Of a DNA stretch of 64,000 nt, positions 29,589 to 38,585 are shown piece by piece. Below the pieces are notes generated by a model. That model searched no databases, was not told the DNA's origin, and worked only from the letters and a program-made list of their open reading frames with translations. Every line of letters begins with the position of its first letter. Within the stretch, counting starts at the first letter, position 1. The translations under genes and the position numbers were made by a program. The DNA is from Salinispira sp. (GTDB taxonomy: Bacteria; Spirochaetota; Spirochaetia; DSM-27196; Salinispiraceae): contig OZ271918.1 in assembly GCA_965602015.1 (NCBI GenBank), positions 544,001-608,000 on the forward strand, read 5' to 3'.

Positions 29589-31430
29589 ATGAAGAAATTT
29601 ACTGATTTTGATTTACATCCCGATTTACAGCGGGGTATTGATGATGCCGGCTTCGAACATTGTACGCCGGTCCAGGAAGAAACTTTCGCCGCAATTTTCA
29701 GCGGTCGCGACGTTACAGTAAAATCCCAAACAGGTACCGGAAAGACAGCAGCCTTCCTTATTTCCCTTTTTCAGACCCTCATGGATGAACGGCAGAAACG
29801 CGCCGAAAACGATGCCAATGCTACACCGGAGAATGAACAGGTTCTTGTGCTGGCTCCGACCCGCGAACTGGTTGTTCAAATAGAGGAAGAAGCGGAAATG
29901 CTCTCCGAGCACCTCGATTTCAAGTTCGCCACGGTATACGGCGGGGTGGGCTATAACAAGCAGGAAGATGAACTGGCGGCGAATCCCGATTTTATTATTG
30001 CTACTCCCGGTCGCCTAATGGATTTTATGCAGAGCCGCAAAATCGACAACCGGCGCTTCGGCTATCTCGTTATTGATGAAGCAGACCGGATGTTCGATAT
30101 GGGTTTTTATCCCGACATTCAAAAAATCCTTCGGGGTATGAAACCTCCGGGAGAACGTCGGACCCTGTTGTTCAGCGCAACCCTGGGAACCCGGGTCTTG
30201 AATATCGCCTGGGAACATATGAATAACCCCGTCGATATCGAAATTGAACCGGAACACATAACCGTCGAAGCCATCGATCAGACCCTCTATCACGTTTCGA
30301 GAGATGAAAAAATGTCCCTGCTTTTGGGGCTCATTAAAAAGCATCAGCCCGAAAGCGCCCTCTTTTTCACCAACACCAAGCGCATGGCCGAGGAGTTGTC
30401 AAACCGCCTTCGGGCCAACAATTTTACCGCCGAGTTCATTATGGGCGATCTACCCCAAAAGAAGCGCCTAAAAATCATCAATGCGGTCAAGCACAAGGAA
30501 ATCCGTTTCCTCGTTGCCACCGACGTGGCTGCCAGGGGACTGCACATCGATGATCTCGAGATGGTGTTCAACTATGACCTTCCGGAAGATTCAGAAAATT
30601 ATGTTCACCGTATCGGCCGAACTGCTCGAGCCGGTGCGACCGGCAAGGCAATCAGTTTGGCCGATGAGCACTCGGTGTACAATCTGAGCTCCATCGAGTC
30701 GTATGTCGGCGTTAAAATTCCCGTCGATACGGTAAGCGACGACCTGCTCGCCGAGGATCTGAGCCGGGGCATGAGAATGCATTCCGAGTACTACGGTTCC
30801 GGTCGATCCGATGGCGGTCGTGGGGGCTCAAGAGGCGGCGGGCGCTCAGGCTCTCGCGGCGGAAGGTCCCGCGGTCGGGGAGAAGGCAGAAGCGGCAGCC
30901 CGCGTTCTTCGGCGGGCTCCCGTGCCCATGACGGCCGGGATGAAAAGCCGCAGGAAAAGAGCCGAAGCGGACGCGGCGGGGGACAGGACCGTCGGGTGAA
31001 AAGCCGCGGTCATAATGATGGGGCAAAACCCCGCAGCGGAGCCAAACCAAACAAGCCGGTCAGTAAAATGTCAAAAGAAGAGCGGCTTGCGTACTATGCC
31101 GAGAAGTACGGAGAGGACTTTGGCGGAAAACCGGGCAAATCCGGTTCAGCCAAGCGCAGAAAAGGCGGGAAACCCCGCAGCGAACAGTCAAGGAACAGAT
31201 CGCAGCAGAGTAAATCCACGGCCGATACCAAATCATCACAAGGGCAAAGCAACGACAGGCGCAAATCCGGCTCCAAGAAAAAAGGGCATTCAGCCCCGAA
31301 TACATCACGACCTCAGGGCAAGCCGGTCAACAATTCCGCTCAGCAGGGAAGACAGGAAACAAAGGCCGCTAAATCACCGCGCTCAAAGGGATTGTTCGGC
31401 GCGATAAAGCGGCTCTTCGGCGGTGAGTGA
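29589..31430 (+). CDS. DEAD-box RNA helicase with a long basic disordered C-terminal tail
   Basis: Motifs TGTGKT, PTREL, DEAD, SAT, ARGL and HRIGRTAR. Confidence 0.95.
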   Translation: MKKFTDFDLHPDLQRGIDDAGFEHCTPVQEETFAAIFSGRDVTVKSQTGTGKTAAFLISLFQTLMDERQKRAENDANATPENEQVLVLAPTRELVVQIEEEAEMLSEHLDFKFATVYGGVGYNKQEDELAANPDFIIATPGRLMDFMQSRKIDNRRFGYLVIDEADRMFDMGFYPDIQKILRGMKPPGERRTLLFSATLGTRVLNIAWEHMNNPVDIEIEPEHITVEAIDQTLYHVSRDEKMSLLLGLIKKHQPESALFFTNTKRMAEELSNRLRANNFTAEFIMGDLPQKKRLKIINAVKHKEIRFLVATDVAARGLHIDDLEMVFNYDLPEDSENYVHRIGRTARAGATGKAISLADEHSVYNLSSIESYVGVKIPVDTVSDDLLAEDLSRGMRMHSEYYGSGRSDGGRGGSRGGGRSGSRGGRSRGRGEGRSGSPRSSAGSRAHDGRDEKPQEKSRSGRGGGQDRRVKSRGHNDGAKPRSGAKPNKPVSKMSKEERLAYYAEKYGEDFGGKPGKSGSAKRRKGGKPRSEQSRNRSQQSKSTADTKSSQGQSNDRRKSGSKKKGHSAPNTSRPQGKPVNNSAQQGRQETKAAKSPRSKGLFGAIKRLFGGE

Positions 31431-31431
31431 C

Positions 31432-31460
31432 TTGACAGCGGCGCCGCGCATTGATATTGT
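31432..31460 (+). promoter_or_regulatory. sigma70 promoter of rpsD
   Basis: TTGACA-N17-TATTGT. Confidence 0.7.
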
Positions 31461-31521
31461 AGCGATTCAAATCTAACCGGCCTGCAGGGTAAGACCCTGT
31501 AGCGTCAAGGAGTACGTGCAA

Positions 31522-32136
31522 ATGGCAAAGAACAGTACAGCCAGAGGTAAAATCGTACGCCGGTTCGGGCTAAATATTTTCGGTAATCCGAAATATGACA
31601 GGCTTCTCAAGAAGAAGCCTGCTCCTCCGGGAGAGCCTAAAAAGGGCCGGCCGCGACAGTCCGAATACGGTCGGCAGCTTGCAGAAAAGCAGAAAATCAA
31701 ATTTGCTTACGCACTGTCCGAGCGTCAGTTCCGCAACGTTTTTGAAAAAGCAAAGCGGATGAAGGGTGTTGCCGGTCACAACATGTTGATCCTGCTGGAA
31801 CGCCGGCTTGACAATGTTATTTACCGCCTCACCATGTCGGCCAGCCGGGCTCAGGCTCGGCAGCTGGTCAGTCACGGTCACATCTATGTGAACGGCCGTC
31901 GATTAAACGTTCCGTCCGCCCTGGTCCGCGCCGGTGATGTCATCACCATCAAGGAAAGGGAGGGGTCCAAAGAACTCGTTCGCAAGACCCTGTCCGAAAA
32001 TAATGGGCGTCCCATTCCCCCCTGGCTCACTCTCGAGGCTGACCAACTTAAGGCCGGCGTTAAAGTGCTGCCTACCCGGGACATGATTCCCACAATTGCG
32101 GAAGAACAGCTTATTGTCGAATTCTACTCCAAGTAA
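31522..32136 (+). CDS. rpsD: 30S ribosomal protein S4 (zinc-free type, stand-alone)
   Basis: SEYGRQLAEKQK, LERRLDNV, ARQLVSHGH and LIVEFYSK; no CxxC motifs. Confidence 0.97.
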   Translation: MAKNSTARGKIVRRFGLNIFGNPKYDRLLKKKPAPPGEPKKGRPRQSEYGRQLAEKQKIKFAYALSERQFRNVFEKAKRMKGVAGHNMLILLERRLDNVIYRLTMSASRAQARQLVSHGHIYVNGRRLNVPSALVRAGDVITIKEREGSKELVRKTLSENNGRPIPPWLTLEADQLKAGVKVLPTRDMIPTIAEEQLIVEFYSK

Positions 32137-32175
32137 TTCGTCGTACTGGTATTTCGTTCCCTCAGGGGATATTTG

Positions 32176-32204
32176 GCCCGCCGTGCACCGGCGGGCTTTT
32201 TTTT
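32176..32204 (+). terminator. Intrinsic terminator of rpsD
   Basis: gcccgccg-tgcac-cggcgggc followed by T8. Confidence 0.9.
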
Positions 32205-32312
32205 GTCCGATCCAGCAGTTTACGTCGGCCCACAGAGGGTCGCAGCGTAAAGATTTATGCCCAGCGGCCGATGTATAATGAAGAAAACCATCTGTTTACT
32301 TCAGGAGCACAT

Positions 32313-33662
32313 ATGCAGAAGCTTGCCGTACTCAGTTCCGACAGCGAACTCAACGATAGAATCTCCCTGATTTGCGAGAGGTTCAATAATTATTTCGAAC
32401 CCCATTTTTTCAACAATGCGGATCCTGCTATTGAGTTTCTGAAGTATGAGCTTCCTGAGGTAAATATTATCAATTTTTCCGATGACAAGATTGATCACGA
32501 AAAGCTGCTGACCACCATCAAGGAAGACCCGTGGCTGCATTACGGCGGAATTATTTTGGTTCACAAGGGAAAAGACCGCAAGGAAGTACACGATATCACT
32601 CCGTCGCTCAATGTGGTGGCGACCATGACCCGTGCGGAATTCGTAAAATCATTTTTCAGAGTTTTGAAAATTCTCGTGCAAAACCGGCAAATCCTTTTTC
32701 AGCGCGATTTGCAGAAATATCTGATGAAAAGCATATCCGGCTCTTTGACCATGGACAATGACCCGTTTAACGTCGGCACCTATGCTAACCTCATCCCCAA
32801 CTACCTGTACAACATCGGGTATATCGATCTTGAACTCAAAGACAAGATCCATGTCTCCCTGTTTGAAATGCTGATGAATGCGGTGGAACACGGAAACTGC
32901 AATATCAGCTATAACGAGAAATCCGCCTGGCTCGAGGAGCATGGTGACATCATCGAATTGATTCGGAAGAAAAACCGGGATGATCGCATCAAAAGCCGAC
33001 ATGTCTTTTTCTCCTATACTCTTACGCCCGAGCGGTCGAGATACACCATCCGCGATGAGGGCAGCGGCTTTGATTGGCGAAGCTACCTCGCGGGTAAAAA
33101 AGACGATATGGCCCTTCATGGACGGGGAATCATGATGACCGGGGTTTACACGGAAAACCTGGAGTACAATGAGCTGGGAAATGAAGTGAGCTTCGAAGTA
33201 GTTCACAACAAAATGCAGAAGAATATGGTTCCGGCGATTTTTCAGGATCAGGAAGAAACCCTATTTGCCGATGGGGATATTGTTTTCCAGGAAGGCGAAG
33301 CCTCTAATTTTATGTACTACATTGTCAGCGGGCAGCTGAATATCTATCGCGATGAGACCATGGTTTCCCGCCTCACCCAGGATGATCTATTTCTCGGCGA
33401 AATGTCGTTTTTACTTTCCAATACCCGATCGGCGACGGTGAGGTCCCACGGAGAATCGCGTTTAATCAGAATATCAAAGAACAGTTTTGTTAATTCCATA
33501 AAAGCCCAGCCGCATTACGGTATACTGCTTGCCCGCCTTCTCGCCGGCCGCCTCGACAGGCTAAACGACTATGTCGCCAGGCTCAAGGGAAGCGGTGCTG
33601 CCCAGGAGCAAACCGAGGATGTCCTCGAAGATGTTGAGGACATCACCAGCGTCAGCGGCTAG
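32313..33662 (+). CDS. Signalling protein: degenerate receiver + RsbW-like HATPase + cNMP-binding domain
   Basis: EMLMNAVEHGN, IRDEGSGFDW and HGRGI; C-terminal GDIVFQEGE...FLGEMSFL...RSATV. Confidence 0.8.
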   Translation: MQKLAVLSSDSELNDRISLICERFNNYFEPHFFNNADPAIEFLKYELPEVNIINFSDDKIDHEKLLTTIKEDPWLHYGGIILVHKGKDRKEVHDITPSLNVVATMTRAEFVKSFFRVLKILVQNRQILFQRDLQKYLMKSISGSLTMDNDPFNVGTYANLIPNYLYNIGYIDLELKDKIHVSLFEMLMNAVEHGNCNISYNEKSAWLEEHGDIIELIRKKNRDDRIKSRHVFFSYTLTPERSRYTIRDEGSGFDWRSYLAGKKDDMALHGRGIMMTGVYTENLEYNELGNEVSFEVVHNKMQKNMVPAIFQDQEETLFADGDIVFQEGEASNFMYYIVSGQLNIYRDETMVSRLTQDDLFLGEMSFLLSNTRSATVRSHGESRLIRISKNSFVNSIKAQPHYGILLARLLAGRLDRLNDYVARLKGSGAAQEQTEDVLEDVEDITSVSG

Positions 33663-33875
33663 GTCATTTTTCTACAATAGAGTATAAACCCCTATTAATC
33701 TGTGTCATAATGAATCATCCGCAGCATTTCCAGCGCAGGCCAGGAAGCCGGTTTCTGGGTAATTATGCCACAGTTTATCGACCGTATAGCAGATATCTCC
33801 CAGGTAAGCAAACCACTCAATTTTGTAAATCACTATAGTATAATTAATTATGATCGCTTCATTCGTTGCGCCGAT

Positions 33876-33891
33876 TGGCACGGACTTTGCA
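33876..33891 (+). promoter_or_regulatory. sigma54 (-24/-12) promoter of the hsp20 pair
   Basis: TGGCACGGACTTTGCA matches the TGGCAC-N5-TTGCW consensus, 42 bp before the start codon. Confidence 0.85.
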
Positions 33892-33933
33892 TTATTTTGT
33901 ACATATACTATCGCAATAGCGAAGGAGGTTGTT

Positions 33934-34338
33934 ATGAGTGATTCGATTTTACAGAATCTCTATGAGCTGAGCCGTGAGATGACCCGGATCTTTGATGATG
34001 ACCAGTACCGCGGGGCATTTAGATGGCCGGAAACCAACATGTATGAGAGCGAGGATGCCTTCGTCCTGGTTTCAAAGCTCCCGGGGCTATCGAAGGACGA
34101 TATCGAGATTAGCGTGAGCGATAATACCCTGACAATTTCAGGGAAGCGTGAGCTGCCGGACCATAAAAAGGACAAGCTGCATATGAGCGAACGATTTTCC
34201 GGCAGTTTCGAGCGGAGTTTTATGCTAAACCGCCGAATCGATTCGAAGAGAATTAAAGCCGAAGCAGAAAACGGTCTGCTTATTATCCGGCTGCCCAAGG
34301 CCGAGGAAGCCCGGCCCCGCAAAATAAAAATCGCTTAA
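33934..34338 (+). CDS. Hsp20/alpha-crystallin small heat-shock protein
   Basis: LPGLSKDDIEI, ERFSGSFERSF and AENGLLIIRLPK; AAGGAGG RBS. Confidence 0.93.
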   Translation: MSDSILQNLYELSREMTRIFDDDQYRGAFRWPETNMYESEDAFVLVSKLPGLSKDDIEISVSDNTLTISGKRELPDHKKDKLHMSERFSGSFERSFMLNRRIDSKRIKAEAENGLLIIRLPKAEEARPRKIKIA

Positions 34339-34353
34339 TCTAAGGAGGCGTAT

Positions 34354-34749
34354 ATGAACTCAGTAGAAACGTCGCGCAATAAGAGCAATTCCATGGTTGA
34401 GAACCGGAAAGGAAACAGTTATCGGACTCCCCCGGTGGATGTATTCGAAAATAGCGCAGAATATGTGCTGTATTTTGATGTCCCAGGAGTTGAGAAGGAC
34501 GATATCGACTTGACCGTCGAACAGAACTCCTTGAGCCTTCTGGCTGAATGCAGAAAATCGCCGGGAGACGGATATCAGCTGTTGAGAGATGAACTTGTGT
34601 ATTCCGGCTTCCGCCGAAAATTCGACCTTGGAGATACCGTTGATCCGGGCAAAATCAGCGCCGAGTATCGAAACGGCACCTTAAAAGTCGTATTACCAAA
34701 ACAGGAAAGTCAGAAACCCCAGCGCATTAGCATCGGCGAGGGAAAATGA
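34354..34749 (+). CDS. Hsp20/alpha-crystallin small heat-shock protein
   Basis: PPVDVFE, DVPGVEKDDI and AEYRNGTLKVVLPK. Confidence 0.93.
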   Translation: MNSVETSRNKSNSMVENRKGNSYRTPPVDVFENSAEYVLYFDVPGVEKDDIDLTVEQNSLSLLAECRKSPGDGYQLLRDELVYSGFRRKFDLGDTVDPGKISAEYRNGTLKVVLPKQESQKPQRISIGEGK

Positions 34750-34785
34750 GAACGCTGACTCTTTGTCAGGCCTTTTACACCACAA

Positions 34786-34820
34786 CGCCTCCGGATTCTC
34801 CGGAGGCGTGACACTTTTTT
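34786..34820 (+). terminator. Terminator after the hsp20 pair
   Basis: cgcctccgga-ttc-tccggaggcg followed by a T-tract. Confidence 0.7.
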
Positions 34821-34844
34821 GCGGCTATCGCGAAGTAAGGGGAG

Positions 34845-35129
34845 TTACCCGCCGAAGTTGTCCACATCCTTGCTGTTTAAAACTGCAGAGTACCCGATTT
34901 TATCTACCAGCTTGACGATTTCATCGATGGTCTCATCGCGTCCATCGTACTCGAGCTGGATCTGGCTGGTATTTCGGTCTACGTAACAGTCCACCACCCC
35001 GTTTATTTTGGCTCCCACATGTTCAATGGTATACACGCAGCTGGTGCAGGTGGCGCCGTCTACGTCGATGAGGGCTTTTTTCGTCTGGACAATCGGGGTT
35101 TTTTTATCCTTTTTGCTTTTCCAAATCAT
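34845..35129 (-). CDS. Heavy-metal-associated (HMA/CopZ-like) protein
   Basis: VDGATCTSCVYTIE metal-binding motif. Confidence 0.8.
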   Translation of the reverse strand: MIWKSKKDKKTPIVQTKKALIDVDGATCTSCVYTIEHVGAKINGVVDCYVDRNTSQIQLEYDGRDETIDEIVKLVDKIGYSAVLNSKDVDNFGG

Positions 35130-35306
35130 GTGAGAAATATAGTGATTTTCGAATGCTGAGTAAAGCAGGAGACATGCAAGAGACCGTTCCTCCGTGATCG
35201 GCCGACGGCTTGACATGCAGGCCGGCATCCTCTACAAAGGGACGAAACATACAACGTGTACCCGCCAACGCGAACAGCGCAATACCATCTTTTCGGAGAA
35301 GATTTT

Positions 35307-36941
35307 ATGATAACCGTATCGGACCTGTCTCTCACATTCGGCACCCAGCCGCTCTTTAAGGAAGTAAACCTCAAATTCACACCGGGCAACTGTTACGGCG
35401 TCATCGGAGCCAACGGCGCCGGTAAATCGACCTTCCTCAAGATTCTTTCTGGAGAAATAGAGAACTATTCCGGCGAGCTCAGTATCGATAAAAAAGCCCG
35501 ACTTTCCGTATTGAAGCAGGACCAGTTCGCGCACGACGAATTCAGCGTTATGAACACCGTCATCATGGGAAACAAAGAGCTCTATGAAGTCATGATCGAG
35601 CGGGAAGAACTGTATTCCAAGGCTGATATGACCGAGGACGAGGGGATGAGGGTCGCGGAGCTCGAAGGCACTTTCGGAGAGATGGGCGGGTATGAAGCCG
35701 AATCCGAAGCGGGAATCCTGCTTTCCGGTTTGGGAATCGATACGGACCTTCACTACAGCGACATGAAGGATCTCGACGGGCCGCAAAAAGTCCGCGTTCT
35801 CCTCGCCCAAGCCCTCTTTGGGAATCCGGACATTCTGCTGCTTGACGAGCCCACCAACAGTCTGGACCTGGAGAGCATCAACTGGCTCGAGGATTTTTTG
35901 AGCAAATTCGAAAACACGGTTATCGTGGTTAGCCACGACCGGCACTTCCTCAACCAGGTGTGCACCCATATTTGCGATATCGATTTTAACCATATCCGCA
36001 TGTACGTGGGTAACTATGATTTCTGGTACCAGGCCAGTCAGCTCGTGGCGAAGCAGAAAAAAGACGAGAAGCGACGGGCAGAGGACAAGGCCGCCGAGCT
36101 CAAGGATTTTATTCAGCGCTTCAGCTCAAACGCCAGCAAGGCAAAGCAGGCCACAAGCCGAAAAAAAATGCTGGAGAAATTAAACCTCGACGATCTTCCG
36201 GCTACCAGCCGTCGCTTTCCCTACGTCGCCTTCAAAGCCGACAGGGAATGCGGTAAGGAAGTGCTCCATCTTCGCGGTGTGAGCAAGACCATAGACGGCG
36301 AGAAGTTCTTTGATTCGCTTGATTTGACCATCAACCGGGGCGATAAGGTCGCCCTGGTGGGACCGATGAATCAGAAAAAGAATGTGTTTTTCGAAATGAT
36401 CTCCGGCGAACTGGAACCCGACAGCGGCGAAATCGAGTGGGGGACCACCATAAAATCGAGCTACTTTCCCCGGGACAACACCAATTATTTTAGCGGCAAG
36501 GAAAGCATCTTCGAATGGCTGCAGCAGTACTCCCCCGAGCAGGACGAGGCCTATGTTCGGGGCTTTCTCGGCAGAATGCTGTTTTCCGGAGAAGATGCCC
36601 TCAAGCCCGTCAATGTACTTTCCGGCGGCGAGAAGGTGCGCTGCATGCTCAGCAAGATGATGCTCAGCGGCGCGAATACCCTTGTTTTCAATGAGCCGAC
36701 CAATCACCTGGACCTGGAGTCTATTACCAGTCTCAACAACGGCATTATCGGCTTTTCCGAGGTCGTTATATTTAATAGTCACGACCATCAGTTTATTTCA
36801 TCGATTGCGAACCGCATCATCGAGTTTACTCCCGGGGGAGTCATCGACCGGATGATGCCCTTCGATGAATATGTCGAGAACGAGGATGTCCGGGCTCTCA
36901 GGGATGAAATGTGGCACGGTCATCATCGCGTTGAAATATAG
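35307..36941 (+). CDS. ABC-F family ATPase (YbiT-like translation factor)
   Basis: Two nucleotide-binding domains (GANGAGKST, LLLDEPTN, VSHDRHFL, LSGGEK) and no transmembrane segments. Confidence 0.92.
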   Translation: MITVSDLSLTFGTQPLFKEVNLKFTPGNCYGVIGANGAGKSTFLKILSGEIENYSGELSIDKKARLSVLKQDQFAHDEFSVMNTVIMGNKELYEVMIEREELYSKADMTEDEGMRVAELEGTFGEMGGYEAESEAGILLSGLGIDTDLHYSDMKDLDGPQKVRVLLAQALFGNPDILLLDEPTNSLDLESINWLEDFLSKFENTVIVVSHDRHFLNQVCTHICDIDFNHIRMYVGNYDFWYQASQLVAKQKKDEKRRAEDKAAELKDFIQRFSSNASKAKQATSRKKMLEKLNLDDLPATSRRFPYVAFKADRECGKEVLHLRGVSKTIDGEKFFDSLDLTINRGDKVALVGPMNQKKNVFFEMISGELEPDSGEIEWGTTIKSSYFPRDNTNYFSGKESIFEWLQQYSPEQDEAYVRGFLGRMLFSGEDALKPVNVLSGGEKVRCMLSKMMLSGANTLVFNEPTNHLDLESITSLNNGIIGFSEVVIFNSHDHQFISSIANRIIEFTPGGVIDRMMPFDEYVENEDVRALRDEMWHGHHRVEI

Positions 36942-36964
36942 AGGCAGAAGTATTCCAACAAGCG

Positions 36965-38488
36965 CTAATATGACCAACGCTGTGCATACTCTTTAATCTT
37001 GAATTTTCTCTCAAGCCCCTTGTCATTCATGTACCGCAGCTTGCCGAAGACCCCGCGCTCGGTCCAGCCGCGGTCATGGGTGCCGAAACACCAGGAGATT
37101 CCCGCGTAGCCGTTCTCGTCCCTGCCGTCAAGCTCGTACTTGTCGTTGAGGTACTTCAGGGATTCGAAGGCTTCTTCGGCGGTTTCGGACCATTCGATTA
37201 CCTTCTTTCCCCAGTACATCCTCATATAGCCGTGCATCTTGCCCCTTACGAGCATTTCACGTTGACAGGCATTCCAGTACGGATCGTGGGTTTTGGCCTT
37301 TTCGAGCTCCTCCCTGCTGTAGATGTATGCCCGCTGGTCTCCCCGGTGTTCCTCGATGGTTTTTTGAGCCCACTCGGGAATGCCCTTGATGCTGTCGTAT
37401 TGGGGATTATAGAGCACGAAGTTTCTCGCCAGTTCCCGGCGGACGATGAGTTCCTCCAAATAGGCTTCCAGACTCTCGTCCGGGACGGCTGAGGGCGCCT
37501 TTTTCGGGTTCTGTTTGAGGTCCGCTGCGCTTGATACCGCTTCCCAGGCTATCCGTAGGGGGCTGATCATCCCGAAATGCAGGTATGGGCTGATTTCGCT
37601 CTGAGACGGATCGGCCGGATCATTTCGGCCCTGTCCGTATCGGGGGAACACATCGCTGAGAAAGCGGGAGAGTCGCTCATGGGCTTCATCTTCACCGCCG
37701 TGAAAATCTTCAGAAACCGGAACATCCTTGTCGGGCAGCGGCAGCTTGTGTTTGTGAAGCAGCTGCATGAAGTCTTCGGGAGTGCCAAGCGATTGGAGCT
37801 CATCGGGAGTGAATACGGGAAACTGTTCAGTGCCGACAAGGGGACTGGGGGCATCTTCATTGGTCAGGGATTCCCTTGAGACATATTGCTGGGGCTCACC
37901 CATGTAAAAACCTTCGGCCTCCTCTTCCCCGTGCAGATAATCGAGCCATTGTCCGGTTATTTTTCGCCGGATTGTGGCGGCGGCATACTCCTGCTTCTCA
38001 CTGACAAGATCGCAGGGCACAACGACCTCCGACTCCACCTGGAAAAGGGGCACTCCCTTATTGCCCAGGACTTCGGCGGTCTTTTTTCTCCAAGCCCGAA
38101 GATGCCGAAGGTAGGCCCGCTCGGTTATTACCTCCGAAAGCTCCTGTATTTCCGGAAGGACTTCCCAGGGCGGAGCGGCATACACACAAAAATTGATTCC
38201 TGCGTCGGCAAACTTTTTGCTTAGTTGTTTTATGCCTTCCATCATGAACCAAAAATGGCGCAGGTTTGCCGACGGATAAGAAGTGCTGAGGAAGAATGCG
38301 ACCGAGAAGGGAATACCATCGTCGCTGCTGCGCTTGAGGGCGTAGTTCAATGCCATATTGTCGCTGAAGCGCTGGGCGCTTTGCATCCAGTATACCCGCT
38401 GTCCGGAAGCCGGCTTTTCTGTTTTTCGGTCATCATCTCCGGGGGAATTTATCAGTGTCACCCGGTGGTCAAAACTCGGAATAGTCAT
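36965..38488 (-). CDS. phrB: Class II CPD DNA photolyase
   Basis: VYWMQSAQR, SPYLHFG, EELIVRREL, MHGYMRMYWGKK and LDGRDENGY. Confidence 0.92.
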   Translation of the reverse strand: MTIPSFDHRVTLINSPGDDDRKTEKPASGQRVYWMQSAQRFSDNMALNYALKRSSDDGIPFSVAFFLSTSYPSANLRHFWFMMEGIKQLSKKFADAGINFCVYAAPPWEVLPEIQELSEVITERAYLRHLRAWRKKTAEVLGNKGVPLFQVESEVVVPCDLVSEKQEYAAATIRRKITGQWLDYLHGEEEAEGFYMGEPQQYVSRESLTNEDAPSPLVGTEQFPVFTPDELQSLGTPEDFMQLLHKHKLPLPDKDVPVSEDFHGGEDEAHERLSRFLSDVFPRYGQGRNDPADPSQSEISPYLHFGMISPLRIAWEAVSSAADLKQNPKKAPSAVPDESLEAYLEELIVRRELARNFVLYNPQYDSIKGIPEWAQKTIEEHRGDQRAYIYSREELEKAKTHDPYWNACQREMLVRGKMHGYMRMYWGKKVIEWSETAEEAFESLKYLNDKYELDGRDENGYAGISWCFGTHDRGWTERGVFGKLRYMNDKGLERKFKIKEYAQRWSY

Positions 38489-38585
38489 AGCTTCAAGATA
38501 CTATCTTCATTGGCGGAAGGGGTATTTTATGCCTGATGCTTGATGATTGGCAGCACAACTCCTATGCTGTATGTGGGGATGTGAC

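Noticed and set aside
31522..32136. rpsD outside the alpha operon as an anomaly
   Set aside because: A stand-alone rpsD is normal in spirochaetes and several other phyla.
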